From: Eledone cirrhosa
Taxonomy: Eukaryota
Direction: 5' to 3'
DNA: 64,000 nucleotides
NCBI GenBank assembly: GCA_964016885.1
Contig: OZ024746.1
Span: forward strand, 26,226,001 to 26,290,000
In this document: piece after piece, positions 26,511 through 40,850 of the stretch
How positions within the stretch are numbered: position 1 is the stretch's first letter
Layout of the letters: every line of letters begins with the position of its first letter
Notes under the pieces: generated by a model
What the model saw: the letters and a program-made list of their open reading frames with translations, nothing else
Told to the model about the DNA's origin: nothing
Databases searched by the model: none
Program-made: the position numbers and the translations under genes

Positions 26511-27039
26511 CTTTTTGACAATAATCTGGCCAAATCCGGATCAATAAAACATTTTAAAGGATTCCTATTCAAATTTAAATCTTCCCACAATATTATATAA
26601 GAACCATATGTTACTTTCTTAGTAATAAAATAATTTTAGTAAATCCCTAAAAATTCTTCATTAATTATTTGCAGTAATGGAAGAGTAAAAATAAAGGAGC
26701 CAGATTGTGAATATGGCAAAATTTTGGCTTTAAGCAGAGGGCTATGACCTGTCCAACTGGCCGAAACAGGTTTGTTGAGACTATTGAAAAGACAGAATAA
26801 TAGCTTGCTACAATGTAATCAGGGTGGTCAATGGCTGCGGCATGAGATCAATATCGATATTCATTATTATTGATCAGATATCAACCCCAGGATATTTTTT
26901 TTTTCAAGTTTGCCATATATTTTATTGGTCTCTATTTGCTAAATTGCTAAGAATATGTATTGAGCTGTAATAACATATAGAGCTGACACAGAACACATGG
27001 GTGAAATTAATTGGGAAATTGAATCACTGCAATGAATAT

Positions 27040-27086
27040 ACACACATACACTTCATATACATACATATATATATATATATACATAC

Positions 27087-27143
<57 letters not shown>

Positions 27144-27257
27144 CACCTCATATGCATACATATATATATATACATACACCTCATATGCATACATATATAT
27201 ATATATACATACACCTCATATGCATATATATATATATATATATACATACACCTCATA

Positions 27258-27312
<55 letters not shown>

Positions 27313-30306
27313 CTCATATGCATATATATATACATACACCTCATATATATATACATACACCTCATATATATATACATACACCTCATATACATACACCTCA
27401 TACATATATATACATACACCTCATACATATATATACATACACCTCATACATATATATACATACACCTCATACATATATATACATACACCTCATACATATA
27501 TATACATACACCTCATACATATATATACATACACCTCATACATATATATACATACACCTCATACATATATATACATACACCTCATATACATATATATACA
27601 TACACCTCATATACATATATATACATACACCTCATATACATATATATATACATACACCTCATATATATATACATACACCTCATATACATATATATATATA
27701 TACATACACCTCATATACATATATATATATACATACACCTTATATACATATATATACATACATCTCATATACATATATATATATACATACATCTCATATA
27801 CATATATATATATACATACATCTCATATACATATATATATATACATACATCTCATATACATATATATATATATACATACACCTCATATACATATATATAT
27901 ATACATATACATACACCTCATATACATATATATATATACATATACATACACCTCATATACATATATATACATATACATACACCTCATATACATATATATA
28001 TATATACATACACCTCATATACATATATATATATACATACACCTCATATACATATATATATATACATACACCTCATATACATATATATATATACATACAC
28101 CTCATATACATATATATATATACATACATACACCTCATATACATATATATATATACATACACCTCATATACATATATATATATATACATACACCTCATAT
28201 ACATATATATATATACATACACCTCATATACATATATATATATATACATACACCTCATATACATATATATATATACATACACCTCATATACATATATATA
28301 TACATACACCTCATATACATATATATACATACACCTCATATACATATATATACATACACCTCATATACATATATATATACATACACCTCATATACATATA
28401 TATATACATACACCTCATATACATATATATATATATACATACACCTCATATACATATATATATATACATACACCTCATATACATATATATATATACATAC
28501 ATCTCATATACATATATATATATACATACATCTCATATACATATATATATATACATACATCTCATATACATATATATATATACATACATACACCTCATAT
28601 ACATATATATATATATACATACATACACCTCATATACATATATATATATACATACATACACCTCATATACATATATATATATACATACACCTCATATACA
28701 TATATATATACATACACCTCATATACATATATATATACATACACCTCATATACATATATATATACATACACCTCATATACATATATATATACATACACCT
28801 CATATACATATATATATATACACATACACCTCATATACATATATATACACCTCATACATATATATACATACACCTCATATATATATATACACACACATAC
28901 ACCTCATATACATATATATATACACACACATACACCTCATATACATATATATATACATACACCTCATATATATATATATATACATACACCTCATATATAT
29001 ATATATATACATACACCTCATATATATATATATATACATACACCTCATATATATATATATATACATACACCTCATATATATATATATATACATACACCTC
29101 ATATATATATATATATACATACACCTCATATATATATATATATACATACACCTCATATATATATATATATACATACACCTCATATATATATATATATACA
29201 TACACCTCATATATATATATATATACATACACCTCATATACATATATATATATATATACATACACCTCATATACATATATATATATATATACATACACCT
29301 CATATACATATATATATATATATATATACATACACCTCATATACATATATATACATACACCTCATATACATATATATATATATATACATACACCTCATAT
29401 ACATATATATATATATACATACACCTCATATACATATATATATATATACATACACCTCATATAGATATATATATATATACATACACCTCATATACATATA
29501 TATATATATATACATACACCTCATATACATATATATATATATATACATACACCTCATATACATATATATACGCATACATCTCATATACATATATATACGC
29601 ATACACCTCATATAATATATATACGCATACCTCATATACATATATATATACACATACACCTCATATACATATATATATACACATACACCTCATATACATA
29701 TACATACACCTCATATACATATACATACACCTCATATACATATATATATGCATACACCTCATATACATATATATATGCATACACCTCATATACATATATA
29801 TACACATACACCTCATATACATATATATACACATACACCTCATATACATATATATACACATACACCTCATATACATATATATACACATACACCTCATATA
29901 CATATACACATACACCTCATATACATATACACATACACCTCATATACATATACACATACACCTCATATACATATACATATACATCTATATACACATACAC
30001 CTCATATACATATATATACACATACACCTCATATACATATATATACACATACACCTCATATACATATATATACACACACATACACCTCATATACATATAT
30101 ATACACATACACCTCACATACATATATATACACACATACACCTCATATACATATATATACACACATACACCTCATATACATATTTATACACATACACCTC
30201 ATATACATATTTATACACATACACCTCATATACATATATATACACATACACCTCATATACATACATATACACATACACCTCATATACATACACCTCATAT
30301 ACATAT
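27040..30306. repeat. Minisatellite CATACACCTCATATACA(TA)n, ~3.3 kb
   Basis: Core ACACCTCAT recurs throughout; the same unit resumes at 32540-32700 beyond the LINE. The 1108-aa and other ORFs here are repeat translations. Confidence 0.97.
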
Positions 30307-32539
30307 ATCATCATCATCATCGTTTAACGTCCATCTTCCACGCTTGCATGGGTTTGGACGGGAGTTTTCCCACTTGAGGTAAGAGTGGTTGTCTTGCTCG
30401 CATAGGACTGTCTGGCGGGTTTTCTACGGCTGGATGCCCTTCCTAACACCAACCACCTTTACAGTGTGGAACTGGGAGGTTTTTACCATGTTACCTACAC
30501 GGCCACATTACAGCGTGGACTGTGTCTTTTGGTCGTGACACCTACACGACCTCATTTGTTTCGGGCTGGATGTTGTGGTACCAACATAACTTTACAGAGA
30601 AAGGGGTGGTGTTGATAGGGGTGGGGGTAGTGGGACGGGGGGGTGTATTTTGTTAGAAGTGCCTACTGACTGTACTAAGTTTCACTTTGCACTTAGGTAA
30701 GGCGGGTCTTCTCTATTACTGTGTAGCGCCAAAGATCTCGGTCCAGTGACATTGTCTTGGAGAGGTGTAAGTGTGTGAGGTCGAAATTTATCAAGTCGTC
30801 CCAGGTTTTTCTGGGTCTGCCTACTCCGTGACTACCGTCTATTTTTATTGCCCTGCACTTTTTTATACAGCTGCTGTCTTTCATGCGCATCACGCGACCA
30901 TACCAACATAGTCTTCTCTCGAGTAAACAACATCTGATCCCTCTTATTCCTAATTTCTCCTTTAGTTCATTTATGCTTTGCCGTTCACGTATATTACTAT
31001 TACACATCCAGCGGAGCATGCAAGCTTCGTTCCTCTCCAGTCTGCCTATATCCTCTGCACACAATGCCCAGGTCTCACTGCCATGTAACATTGCTGTTCG
31101 TATGCAGGCATCATACAGCCTGCCTTTCATTTTTAGGGAGAACCCATTAGCGGCTAATAGTGGTATAAGCTCTCTGAACTTTTTCCATCTAGTTCTGACT
31201 CTAGCTACTGTACTTTCAGAGCACCCTCCCCCACTGCTGATTTTGTCACCCAGGTTACGGAAGCTGTCCACTATTTCTGTAGAACTATCTGTGCAATGGA
31301 ATGAGCTAGTATTCTGTGGGCACTTGCTGCTACTTATTGCACCAGAGCACCGGCCACATATAAAATCTATGTTCTTAGTTAGCTTACCTGTGATCCCACT
31401 ACATCTTTTATGCACCCATACTTTGCATTTGGGACATAAAATGGAGTTTCTACCTACTCCTTTCCTACACACTGAGCATGGCCATTTCCCAGATGGGACC
31501 GGTGCCCTATTTTCCTTCCTACAAACTAGAACTTTAGTCTTAGACAGGTTAATTTTAAGGCCTTTTGATTCTAGGCCATGCTTCCATGTTTCGAATTTCT
31601 TCTCTAGTTCGGCCATTGATTCAGCTATGAGCGTTAGATCATCTGCGTATAGGAGTTCCCATGGGCAGCCGGTCTTGAACTTCTCTGTTATAGCCTGAAG
31701 GGCAATAATAAATAGTAGGGGGCTAAGAACGGAGCCCTGATGAACACCAACTTTTACGCTAAACTCTTCACTATATTCGTTGTTAATTCTAACCTTGCTG
31801 ACTGTTTCTTTATACATGGCTTGTATAGCTCTCACAAGCCATTCATCAACACCTAGTTTTCTAAGAGCCCACCAGATAATGGAACGGGGGACTCTGTCAA
31901 AGGCTTTCTCCAAGTCAACAAAAGCTAAGTATAGGGGTTTACTTTTAGCTAGATACTTCTCCTGTAGTCGTTGTACAATGAAAAGAGTGTCTGTGGTACT
32001 TTTACCTGACACAAACCCGAACTGCATTTCATCTAGATCAATTCTCTCTCTGATTAGTTGCGCTATTACTTTTTCTGTGACCTTCATGACCTGGTCGATT
32101 AATTTAATGCCTCTATAGTTACTCCTATCTAGGGCATCACCTTTACCCTTGTAGCAGTTAATGATGATGCTGCTACACCAGTCCTTCGGAACAACCCCAT
32201 TCTGTATGACTTGGTTTACTATCCGGGTGACCATGGTGTGTCCCACCGTTCCAGAAGCTTTCAGCATTTCAGCAACTATTTCTGAAGGCCCAGCCGCCTT
32301 ACCCGTCTTCATATCTTTGATTGTCTTACTTATTATACTACCTTCGACTAACACTGCTGGTCCCTCTATTGGGTCGATGTGGGGGAGACTGTATTTCTCC
32401 CATTTATTCTCCTCATTTAGTAGCCTTTCGTAGTGACACTTCCAAACTACCTTCTTATCAGCGTCAGTGATGGCAAGTACACCATCATCATTAAGGACAC
32501 ACTTCTCCCCGACAATATCACGGTTTTTCTTGACACATT
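30307..32539 (-). mobile_element. RTE-clade LINE, 5'-truncated, with 3' UTR and (ATG)n tail
   Basis: RT ORF, ~385-bp 3' UTR, and tail CCCATGCAAGCGTGGAAGATGGACGTTAAACGATGATGATG. Confidence 0.95.
30693..32539 (-). CDS. RTE reverse transcriptase ORF (5'-truncated) with an internal PHD-type zinc finger
   Basis: Uninterrupted frame with NYRGIKL, QFGF, FVDLEKAFDRV, GVHQGSVLSPLLF, LLYADD (31638-31649) and C-terminal GRPRKTW. The predicted start Met comes from flanking microsatellite. FRNLG in place of the usual YLG and WYGR in place of WYGH suggest post-insertion decay. Confidence 0.9.
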
Positions 32540-32769
32540 TATATATATATACATATATATATACATACACCTCATATACACATATATATATATATATACA
32601 TATATATATACATACACCTCATATACATATATACATACACTGCATATACATATATACATACACCGCATATACATAAATATATATATAATATATATATAGA
32701 TATATATATACACATACATACACCCCTCTCATATTACATATACAAACTTCATATATATATATATATATA

Positions 32770-33285
32770 TATCATCATCATTTCTGTTTAGTGTCAATTC
32801 TTCCATGCTTGAATGGTTTAGATGGGTCATCCATGCCAGAAGGCAAGTTTGGCCATGTCGCACCTTGCTCCATCAAAGACTGTAAATTTGGCTGGGTATT
32901 TCACTGATGCTCTTACGACCAACTATTCCTGTGGATCTGCTGTACATGCAGTCCGCCTCCTATCCCAGTACACTTCTTGTGTTCCTAAGATTTACATTGT
33001 GCACATCATATAGAGTTTCTACCTACTCCTTTTCTACATATCATGCAAGGCCACTTCCCTGATGAAATCAGGGTCCTGTCTTCTTTCCTACTTAATAAAA
33101 CTTGGGTTTTTACCAAGTTTATTTTGAGTCCTTTTGATTCTAAGTTCGATTTCAACAGCCAGAATCTCTTCTCTATTTCTTGCACAAATTCAGCTACAAG
33201 AACCAAATCATCAGCATACAGAATTTTCCACAGACAGCCAATCTTAAACTCCTTTGTTATGACCTGGAGGACTATAATAAACAGT
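32770..33285 (-). mobile_element. Older RTE LINE fragment (YADD and PHD region) with an RTE-type tail
   Basis: LLFIIVLQVITKEFKIGCLWKILYADDLVLVAE..LESKGLKINL..SGKWPCMICRKGVGRNSI*CAQCK; CATCATCAT..TTCCATGCTTG tail at 32770-32830. Confidence 0.85.
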
Positions 33286-33504
33286 AGTATATATGTGACT
33301 TTCATTGTCCCATATATATATACCTCTCTTATACACCTCAATATACTGGAGAATGGAAATAAAACATCAATAGCAGAAGCAATTCTCTCTTCCTTGAATA
33401 ATGTTTATTAAAAAAAAAAAGAAAAGTCTATGGAAAGAATAATACTTAGTTACATATTTCTTTCAGTATTGTTAGTACTATCTCTGGAGAACATAAAATA
33501 TGAC

Positions 33505-33690
33505 AGGCACTTGATGAAAGCCAGAGGGTACAACACTTGAAATGTGACTATAACAGTCAAGATGAAGACACTAGTCTGAATATATCAATGTTTAATAATT
33601 CCTCTGAAGATGGCCAAAGGATACAACTGAAATGTTGTGACTATAGCAACCAAGATGAGGACAGTAGTCTCGATATATCACTGTATAATA
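33505..33690 (+). repeat. Two tandem ~90-bp units CTGAAGATGGCC..GATACAAC..GAAATG(TTG)TGACTATAACAACCAAGATGAGGAC..
   Basis: Units start at ~33510 and ~33600; homologous pair at 58470-58553 and 58890-58965. Confidence 0.7.
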
Positions 33691-36404
33691 AAGAAACTAA
33701 AAACAAATATAAATCATACATTTATAGAGATTTTGATGAATTTTATATTTGTCCTATTTTTTTTTTTTTTGGTAATATTTTAAGATTTCAAACCTAAATT
33801 TCTGCTGTACTGTTGTTTGTTACATAAAATCTTTTTTAATCCAAAAGATTATTTAATTATGATTAAATCTGAAACCACAGAGGAACAATTCCATTAAGAA
33901 AGCTATATATCTTTGTAGTGTTAAGTGCAGAAAATACCTAATATATTTTAATTAGAAAATGTTCTTGATTTATTTCAGAACTAAACAACATTGTGTTTTT
34001 TTCAAATTAGCTGTGTTGGGGCACTACCGTTTCTCTCTCTCTCTCCGAGAGAAAGAGGAAGATAGGGAAATAGGGAAGAGTTAGAGAGAGGGGGAGAGAG
34101 AAATGGGAAAGAGCTCAACAGGGAAGAGTTAGAGAGAGGGAGAGAGAAGCAGGAGGGGTTAGAGAGAGGGAGAGAGAAACGGGAGGGGGTAGAGAGAGTG
34201 CGAGTGTTTGTGACCTCTGCCTGTTCTGATAAGTGTCCCAGTAGTTTGATCAACAGAACAGTCTGCTCATTAACATGCAAGTGACCGAGCATTCCACAAA
34301 CGTGTATTATCAATATAGACACAAAATGATAATTGCTACACACCACATATGCATGAATCCATTACTTCTGATGGAGTTGAATGAGCACCATAACAGCATA
34401 CAGCATATCTTGGGCATTTTAAAACAGGTAGAACCCATCCCTCCTAGGTACATGATCAATTTTCCCACAGAGAATAGAGAATGAGGGAGAGTAAAAGGAG
34501 GGAAGCGAGAAAGAGATATAAGAGGTAGAGTCAACCCCAGTACTGGACTCGTACTTTATTCTTTTTATCAACTTTGAAAAGATGAAAGACAAAGTTTGCT
34601 GCAATGGGATTTGAACTCAGAACGCAGAAAATTGGAATGAATACCAAAAAGCATTTTATCCGATGTTCTAGCAACTCCACCAATTTTTTACCTTCACACT
34701 CCACATATAACTACAGTGATTACAACACACAATATAAACATGTTTCATATATACCAACACATTATTAAATAAACAGAATAGAGACCCAAAGTTGTTTGAT
34801 ATGTATATTAATGAATAATTGTCCCCACCCTACCTCTGCTTATTAATTTTTCAGAAATTTTTCCTGTGATATGTCCATTTGTGAACATTTGAATTAATAA
34901 ACCTATTTTTAGATATTTTCTGCTAAATCTTTACAGAATGTTAAGGGATAATTCTGTTATTGTCCACAACATTGTGCTATTGCCCAGTGGTAAATAATAC
35001 TATAAGCATTTGCATTAACAAAGTTGTTTTTAGATATTTTCTGGTCAATCATTACAGGATATTAACAGTTAATACTGTAAAACCCACTTTTCTTTGATTT
35101 TTCTAATTAAATAGTGTTCCAAATTTAATTCCTAATGCTAACCACATTAATAAATTATATAGAGTAGAAATGACTTCAGTCTTGCTGAGTATATAACAAA
35201 CTTACTTGTGATGGTGAGACAGTACAATTAAATCTATTAGAATTAGCAGTTTTCTATCATAAAATCAAAGGCAGTATCAAGCATATTGGTATCAAAAGAG
35301 CTAATGAAATGGAGCAGAAATGGGAGAATAAACATCTACTAAAGAGTCACTCATTCAACTTAGAAATTAACCAATATTTCTGTTTTAGTGAACTTCCAAA
35401 TTGTTGGAAGTATTTTTAGAACCTTTGATTATTGGCTTTAGAACTAAATAGGTGTTGCTTGCCTTTGAGTTTATACTTAAGCTAAGTATTAACTCTTTTG
35501 ATAGCAAGCTGGCCTTGGTTCTATGATACAAAGCTGTTTATTTTAAAGTGTATATATTTATCTATACACATTCTATAATAATTTTATGTAAGAACATTTG
35601 TGAAGTTATATTCCAAACACTAGATTTATAATATAAAAATTAGTTATATTACTAAATTCTTTCAAATCCCTGATTTTCAAAATTCTTGAAACATTATAGT
35701 CAGTGTCATTAGAAGGATGGTAACAAAAGGATTAACCCTTTCATTACGCTATTTCTAGTGAAATACACTTTATTTCAATTAATTAAATAAGAACTTTTAG
35801 GGATTTTAGGGATTTACTAAAATTATTACTGGAAATACTCATATATAAGCTGAGAAATATGTGACCCCCCCCCCCCCCCACCCCCCAATCAATGGTAAAA
35901 TGGAGGGAGGGGTGACATATCCGAGGTCAATATTTTGCCAATTTGCATCCATTTCAAAATTCTACCTAATTGAAGTACTAAAATATTACATCAATTTTAC
36001 TTTTGAGGTGAAATTTGTATTTCCTATTGTTTTTGATATGTTTCGAATGAATAGAGCCTTCAAAATGGTCAGAAATTGGTAAAAAAATCATTATGTTATA
36101 GAGATGTGAAACAAAAACTATATTCTAAACAACATTCAAAATATTTTAAATAACAAAATATTAAGACTTCATAAATATATTCTCCACACTTGAGAATTTC
36201 ACAACTGCACCATCTAAACATGTTTTGATTAGCCTTCCTCGAATTATTAAGGGAGTCAGGATTTTTGCCTATTTATCAGACATAAAATAGGTCAGTTTAT
36301 ATTCGAGTATATATAATAATTATTCCGTTACTAATATAGTAATTTAACATATGATTCTTACATAAAATTATGTTGGCAGATTTTACTTTAAATATGAACC
36401 CTAA

Positions 36405-36648
36405 CCCTTTACCCCTTTAGCATTTACCCCTTTAGCATTTACATTATTCTATATTTACTATTGTATTTTCACAGTAAAAGCTTTATCTTATATAATTATC
36501 TCATATAATATTGAATCTATGAGATGTTGATATGTATTTAGAGAACAATACCTTAATGTAGGTATGAACATCCAGTTACAGCTGGTTTGAACAGAATGAG
36601 GTGAGAGATATCTGGCCAGATACGGGCAGTTTAATAAATGCTAAAGGG
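36405..36648. mobile_element. piggyBac-type MITE, copy of 1963-2173
   Basis: CCCTTTAGCATTTA (locally duplicated) ... TAAATGCTAAAGGG; interior colinear with the first copy. Confidence 0.75.
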
Positions 36649-36989
36649 TTCAAATGGAATATTTTGTTCCATAGAACCAGAGCTAGTTTTTGGTTAGGTT
36701 GGTATCAAAAAGAGTTAAATAAACTGTAAAGATTAAAACTATTAATTCTTGCAAACAGTGTGATTTCCTCCTCCTCCTCACCAGAAATCAAAGCAATACA
36801 TGCATGGATTGTTGTTTGTTTCAAGTATATAATTACTGTTGATGGACTATAACGATGATGATTACCCTCATTAGAGTTATTTAGGTAACTTAATTGTACA
36901 CTTAACCACAAACTTCTACAGTGGAATTTCATTAATTCTCACTAAACACGCACACTCTTACACACTGATCAAAGGTTTAATGTTCATCT

Positions 36990-37150
36990 ACATGCATACT
37001 AACACATTAATGATGTAAGCTAGTTACACATACATACATCAACTGTGTGAAATAGTTGATGGCATGATGTAGTCCCAGACATACATACACATAGATGGTT
37101 TAATGTTGATCTACACATACACACACACTCACATCAATGGTATGATGTTG

Positions 37151-37218
<68 letters not shown>

Positions 37219-37680
37219 CTATGATGTAATGTGGTTACACATACACACATATACATACATACATACATACATTAATGGCATGAAATAGTTACAGATGCAC
37301 ACATCAATGACACGATGTAGTACCAGACACACACACACACATACCTCAATGACACAATGTAGTACCAGACACACACACACACATACCTCAATGACACAAT
37401 GTAGTACCAGACACACACACACATACCTCAATGACATGATGTAGTACCAGACACACACACACATACCTCAATGACATGATGTAGTCCCAGATGCACACAT
37501 ACATCATGATGTAGTCTCAGACACACACATGCATACAAACACACATATATACATCAATGGCATGAGATACTTACACACACCTACATCAATGATGTAATGT
37601 AGTTCCCCACACACATACCAATAGCATGAAGTAGTCCCAGATACACATACATCAATGATGTGAAACAGTCACACACACAC
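36990..37680. repeat. (CA)n-containing minisatellite TCAATGACA..ATGTAGTACCAG(AC)nATACC with degenerate flanks
   Basis: Five good units at 37300-37500; pure (CA)n at 37155-37217. Confidence 0.85.
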
Positions 37681-37866
37681 ACTATATTTTTTTTCATGAT
37701 TTTCTCACAGTAGCTTAAATACAAATACTAGAATACAAAAATAGAACTTCCCGGTTTGTGTCTTCCTCTTATTTTCTGTCTGAAATACTGTAAACTAGCC
37801 TAAAAACAAGACTATCCTATCATTATATATGTCAATTAGATAGTCTATATGTCTACCATTATTACA

Positions 37867-38235
37867 TCTGAGTTCAAATCCCGCCGAGGTTAACTTTGCC
37901 TTTCATCCTTACGGGGTCGATAAAATAAAGTACCAGTAATACACTGGGTAATTGATGGCCTTGTGCCAAAAGTAGAAACAATTATTACATATGTGAATCA
38001 TTTCTATCATTATCACAGTGGATTGGCAGGATCAGTAGAGCGTCAAACAAAATGCTTTGTAGTATTTAGTTACGACTTTCTATAACCTGCGTTTGAATCC
38101 CACCGAGGCTAGCTTTGCCTTTCATCCTTACAGGGCCGATTAAATAAAGAACCAGTAACACACTGGGATCGATTTAATCGTTTTACCCCTTACCCAAAAT
38201 TGTTGGCTTTGTGCTTAAATCTGAAACCATTATTA
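37867..38235 (+). mobile_element. Two adjacent SINE family B copies (37867-37988 truncated; 38018-38235 longer subfamily)
   Basis: Both carry CTTTGCCTTTCATCCTTAC.GGG.CGAT.AAATAAAG.ACCAG; the second has the full head GTGGATTGGCAGGATC. Confidence 0.85.
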
Positions 38236-40850
38236 CATATGTCAATTAGACAGTCTATAGTCCTATCATCATTATATATGTCAATTAGACAGTCTATAGT
38301 CCTATCATCATTACATGTCAATTAGACAGTCTATAGTCCTATCATCATTACATGTCAATTAGACAGTCTATAGTCCTATCATCATTACATATGTCAATTA
38401 GACAGTCTATAGTCCTATCATCATTACATATGTCAATTAGACAGTCTATAGTCCTATCATTACATATGTCAATTAGACAGTCTATAGTCCTATCATCATT
38501 ATATATGTCAATTAGACAGTCTATAGTCCTATCATCATTACATATGTCAATTAGACAGTCTATAGTCCTATCATCATTACATATGTCAATTAGACAGTCT
38601 ATAGTCCTATCATCATTACATATGTCAATTAGACAGTCTATAGTCCTATCATCATTACATATGTCAATTAGACAGTCTATAGTCCTATCATCATTACATA
38701 TGTCAATTAGACAGTCTATAGTCCTATCATCATTACATATGTCAATTAGACAGTCTATAGTCCTATCATCATTACATATGTCAATTAGACAGTCTATAGT
38801 CCTATCATCATTACATAAGACAATTAGTCTATAGTCCTATCATCATTACATATGTCAATTAGACAGTCTATAGTCCTATTATCATTACATATGTCAATTA
38901 GACAGTCTATAGTCCTATCATCATTACATATGTCAATTAGACAGTCTATAGCCCTATCATCATTACATATGTCAATTAGACAGTCTATAGTCCTATCATC
39001 ATTACATATGTCAATTAGACAGTCTATAGTCCTATCATCATTACATATGTCAATTAGACAGTCTATAGTCCTATCATCATTACATATGTCAATTAGACAG
39101 TCTATAGTCCTATCATCATTACATATGTCAATTAGACAGTCTATAGTCCTATCATCATTACATATGTCAATTAGACAGTCTATAGTCCTATCATCATTAT
39201 ATATGTCAATTAGACAGTCTATAGTCCTATCATCATTACATATGTCAATTAGACGGTCTATAGTCCGATCATCATTATATATGTCAATTAGACAGTCTAT
39301 AGTCCTATCATCATTACATATGTCAATTAGACAGTCTATAGTCCTATCATCATTATATATGTCAATTAGTCTATAGTCCTATCATCATTACATATGTCAA
39401 TTAGACAGTCTATAGTCCTATCATCATTACATATGTAAATTAGACAGTCTATAGTCCTATCATCATTATATATGTCAATTAGACAGTCTATAGCCCTATC
39501 ATCATTACATATGTCAATTAGACAGTCTATAGTCCTATCATCATTATATATGTCAATTAGACAGTCTATAGTCCTATCATCATTACATATGTCAATTAGA
39601 CAGTCTATAGTCCTATCATCATTACATATGTCAATTAGACAGTCTATAGTCCTATCATCATTACATATGTCAATTAGACAGTCTATAGTCCTATCATCAT
39701 TATATATGTCAATTAGACAGTCTATAGTCCTATCATCATTACATATGTCAATTAGACAGTCTATAGTCCTATCATCATTATATATGTCAATTAGACAGTC
39801 TATAGTCCTATCATCATTACATATGTCAATTAGACGGTCTATAGTCCGATCATCATTATATATGTCAATTAGACAGTCTATAGTCCTATCATCATTACAT
39901 ATGTCAATTAGACAGTCTATAGTCCTATCATCATTATATATGTCAATTAGACAGTCTATAGTCCTATCATCATTACATATGCCAATTAGACAGTCTATAG
40001 TCCTATCATCATTACATATGTCAATTAGACAGTCTATAGTCCTATCATCATTACATAAGACAATTAGACAGTCTATAGTCCTATCATCATTACATATGTC
40101 AATTAGACAGTCTATAGTCCTATCATCATTACATATGTCAATTAGACAGTCTATAGTCCTATTATCATTACATATGTCAATTAGACAGTCTATAGTCCTA
40201 TCATCATTACATATGTCAATTAGTCTATAGTCCTATCATTATTACATAAGACAATTAGACAGTCTATAGTCCTATCATCATTACATATGTCAATTAGACA
40301 GTCTATAGTCCTATCATCATTACATAAGACAATTAGACAGTCTATAGTCCTATCATCATTATATATGTCAATTAGACAGTCTATAGTCCTATCATCATTA
40401 TATATGTCAATTAGACAGTCTATAGTCCTATCATCATTACATAAGACAATTAGTCTATAGTCCTATCATCATTACATATGTCAATTAGACAGTCTATAGT
40501 CCTATCATCATTACATATGTCAATTAGACGGTCTATAGTCCGATCATCATTATATATGTCAATTAGACAGTCTATAGTCCTATTATCATTACATATGTCA
40601 ATTAGACAGTCTATAGTCCTATCATCATTACATATGTCAATTAGACAGTCTATAGTCCTATCATCATTACATATGTCAATTAGACAGTCTATAGTCCTAT
40701 CATCATTACATATGTCAATTAGACAGTCTATAGTCCTATTATCATTATATATGTCAATTAGACAGTCTATAGTCCTATCATCATTACATATGTCAATTAG
40801 ACACAGACTATATTTCTATCATCATTACATATCAATTAGACAGGTCAATT
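38236..40850. repeat. 39-bp satellite CATATGTCAATTAGACAGTCTATAGTCCTATCATCATTA, ~66 copies
   Basis: Highly homogeneous head-to-tail array with no spacers; the MSIRQSIVLSSLH ORFs reflect the 13-codon period. Confidence 0.98.

Noticed and set aside
27001-30377. 1108-, 810- and 765-aa ORFs
   Set aside because: Translations of the CATACACCTCATATA minisatellite; open in several frames on both strands.
30883-32433. + strand ORFs of 271, 112 and 90 aa
   Set aside because: Antisense shadows of the RTE RT ORF.
38236-40850. CRISPR-like array or repetitive protein (MSIRQSIVLSSLH)n
   Set aside because: Units are head-to-tail with no unique spacers and no cas genes, in a eukaryotic context; frame-breaking 4-bp deletions recur.
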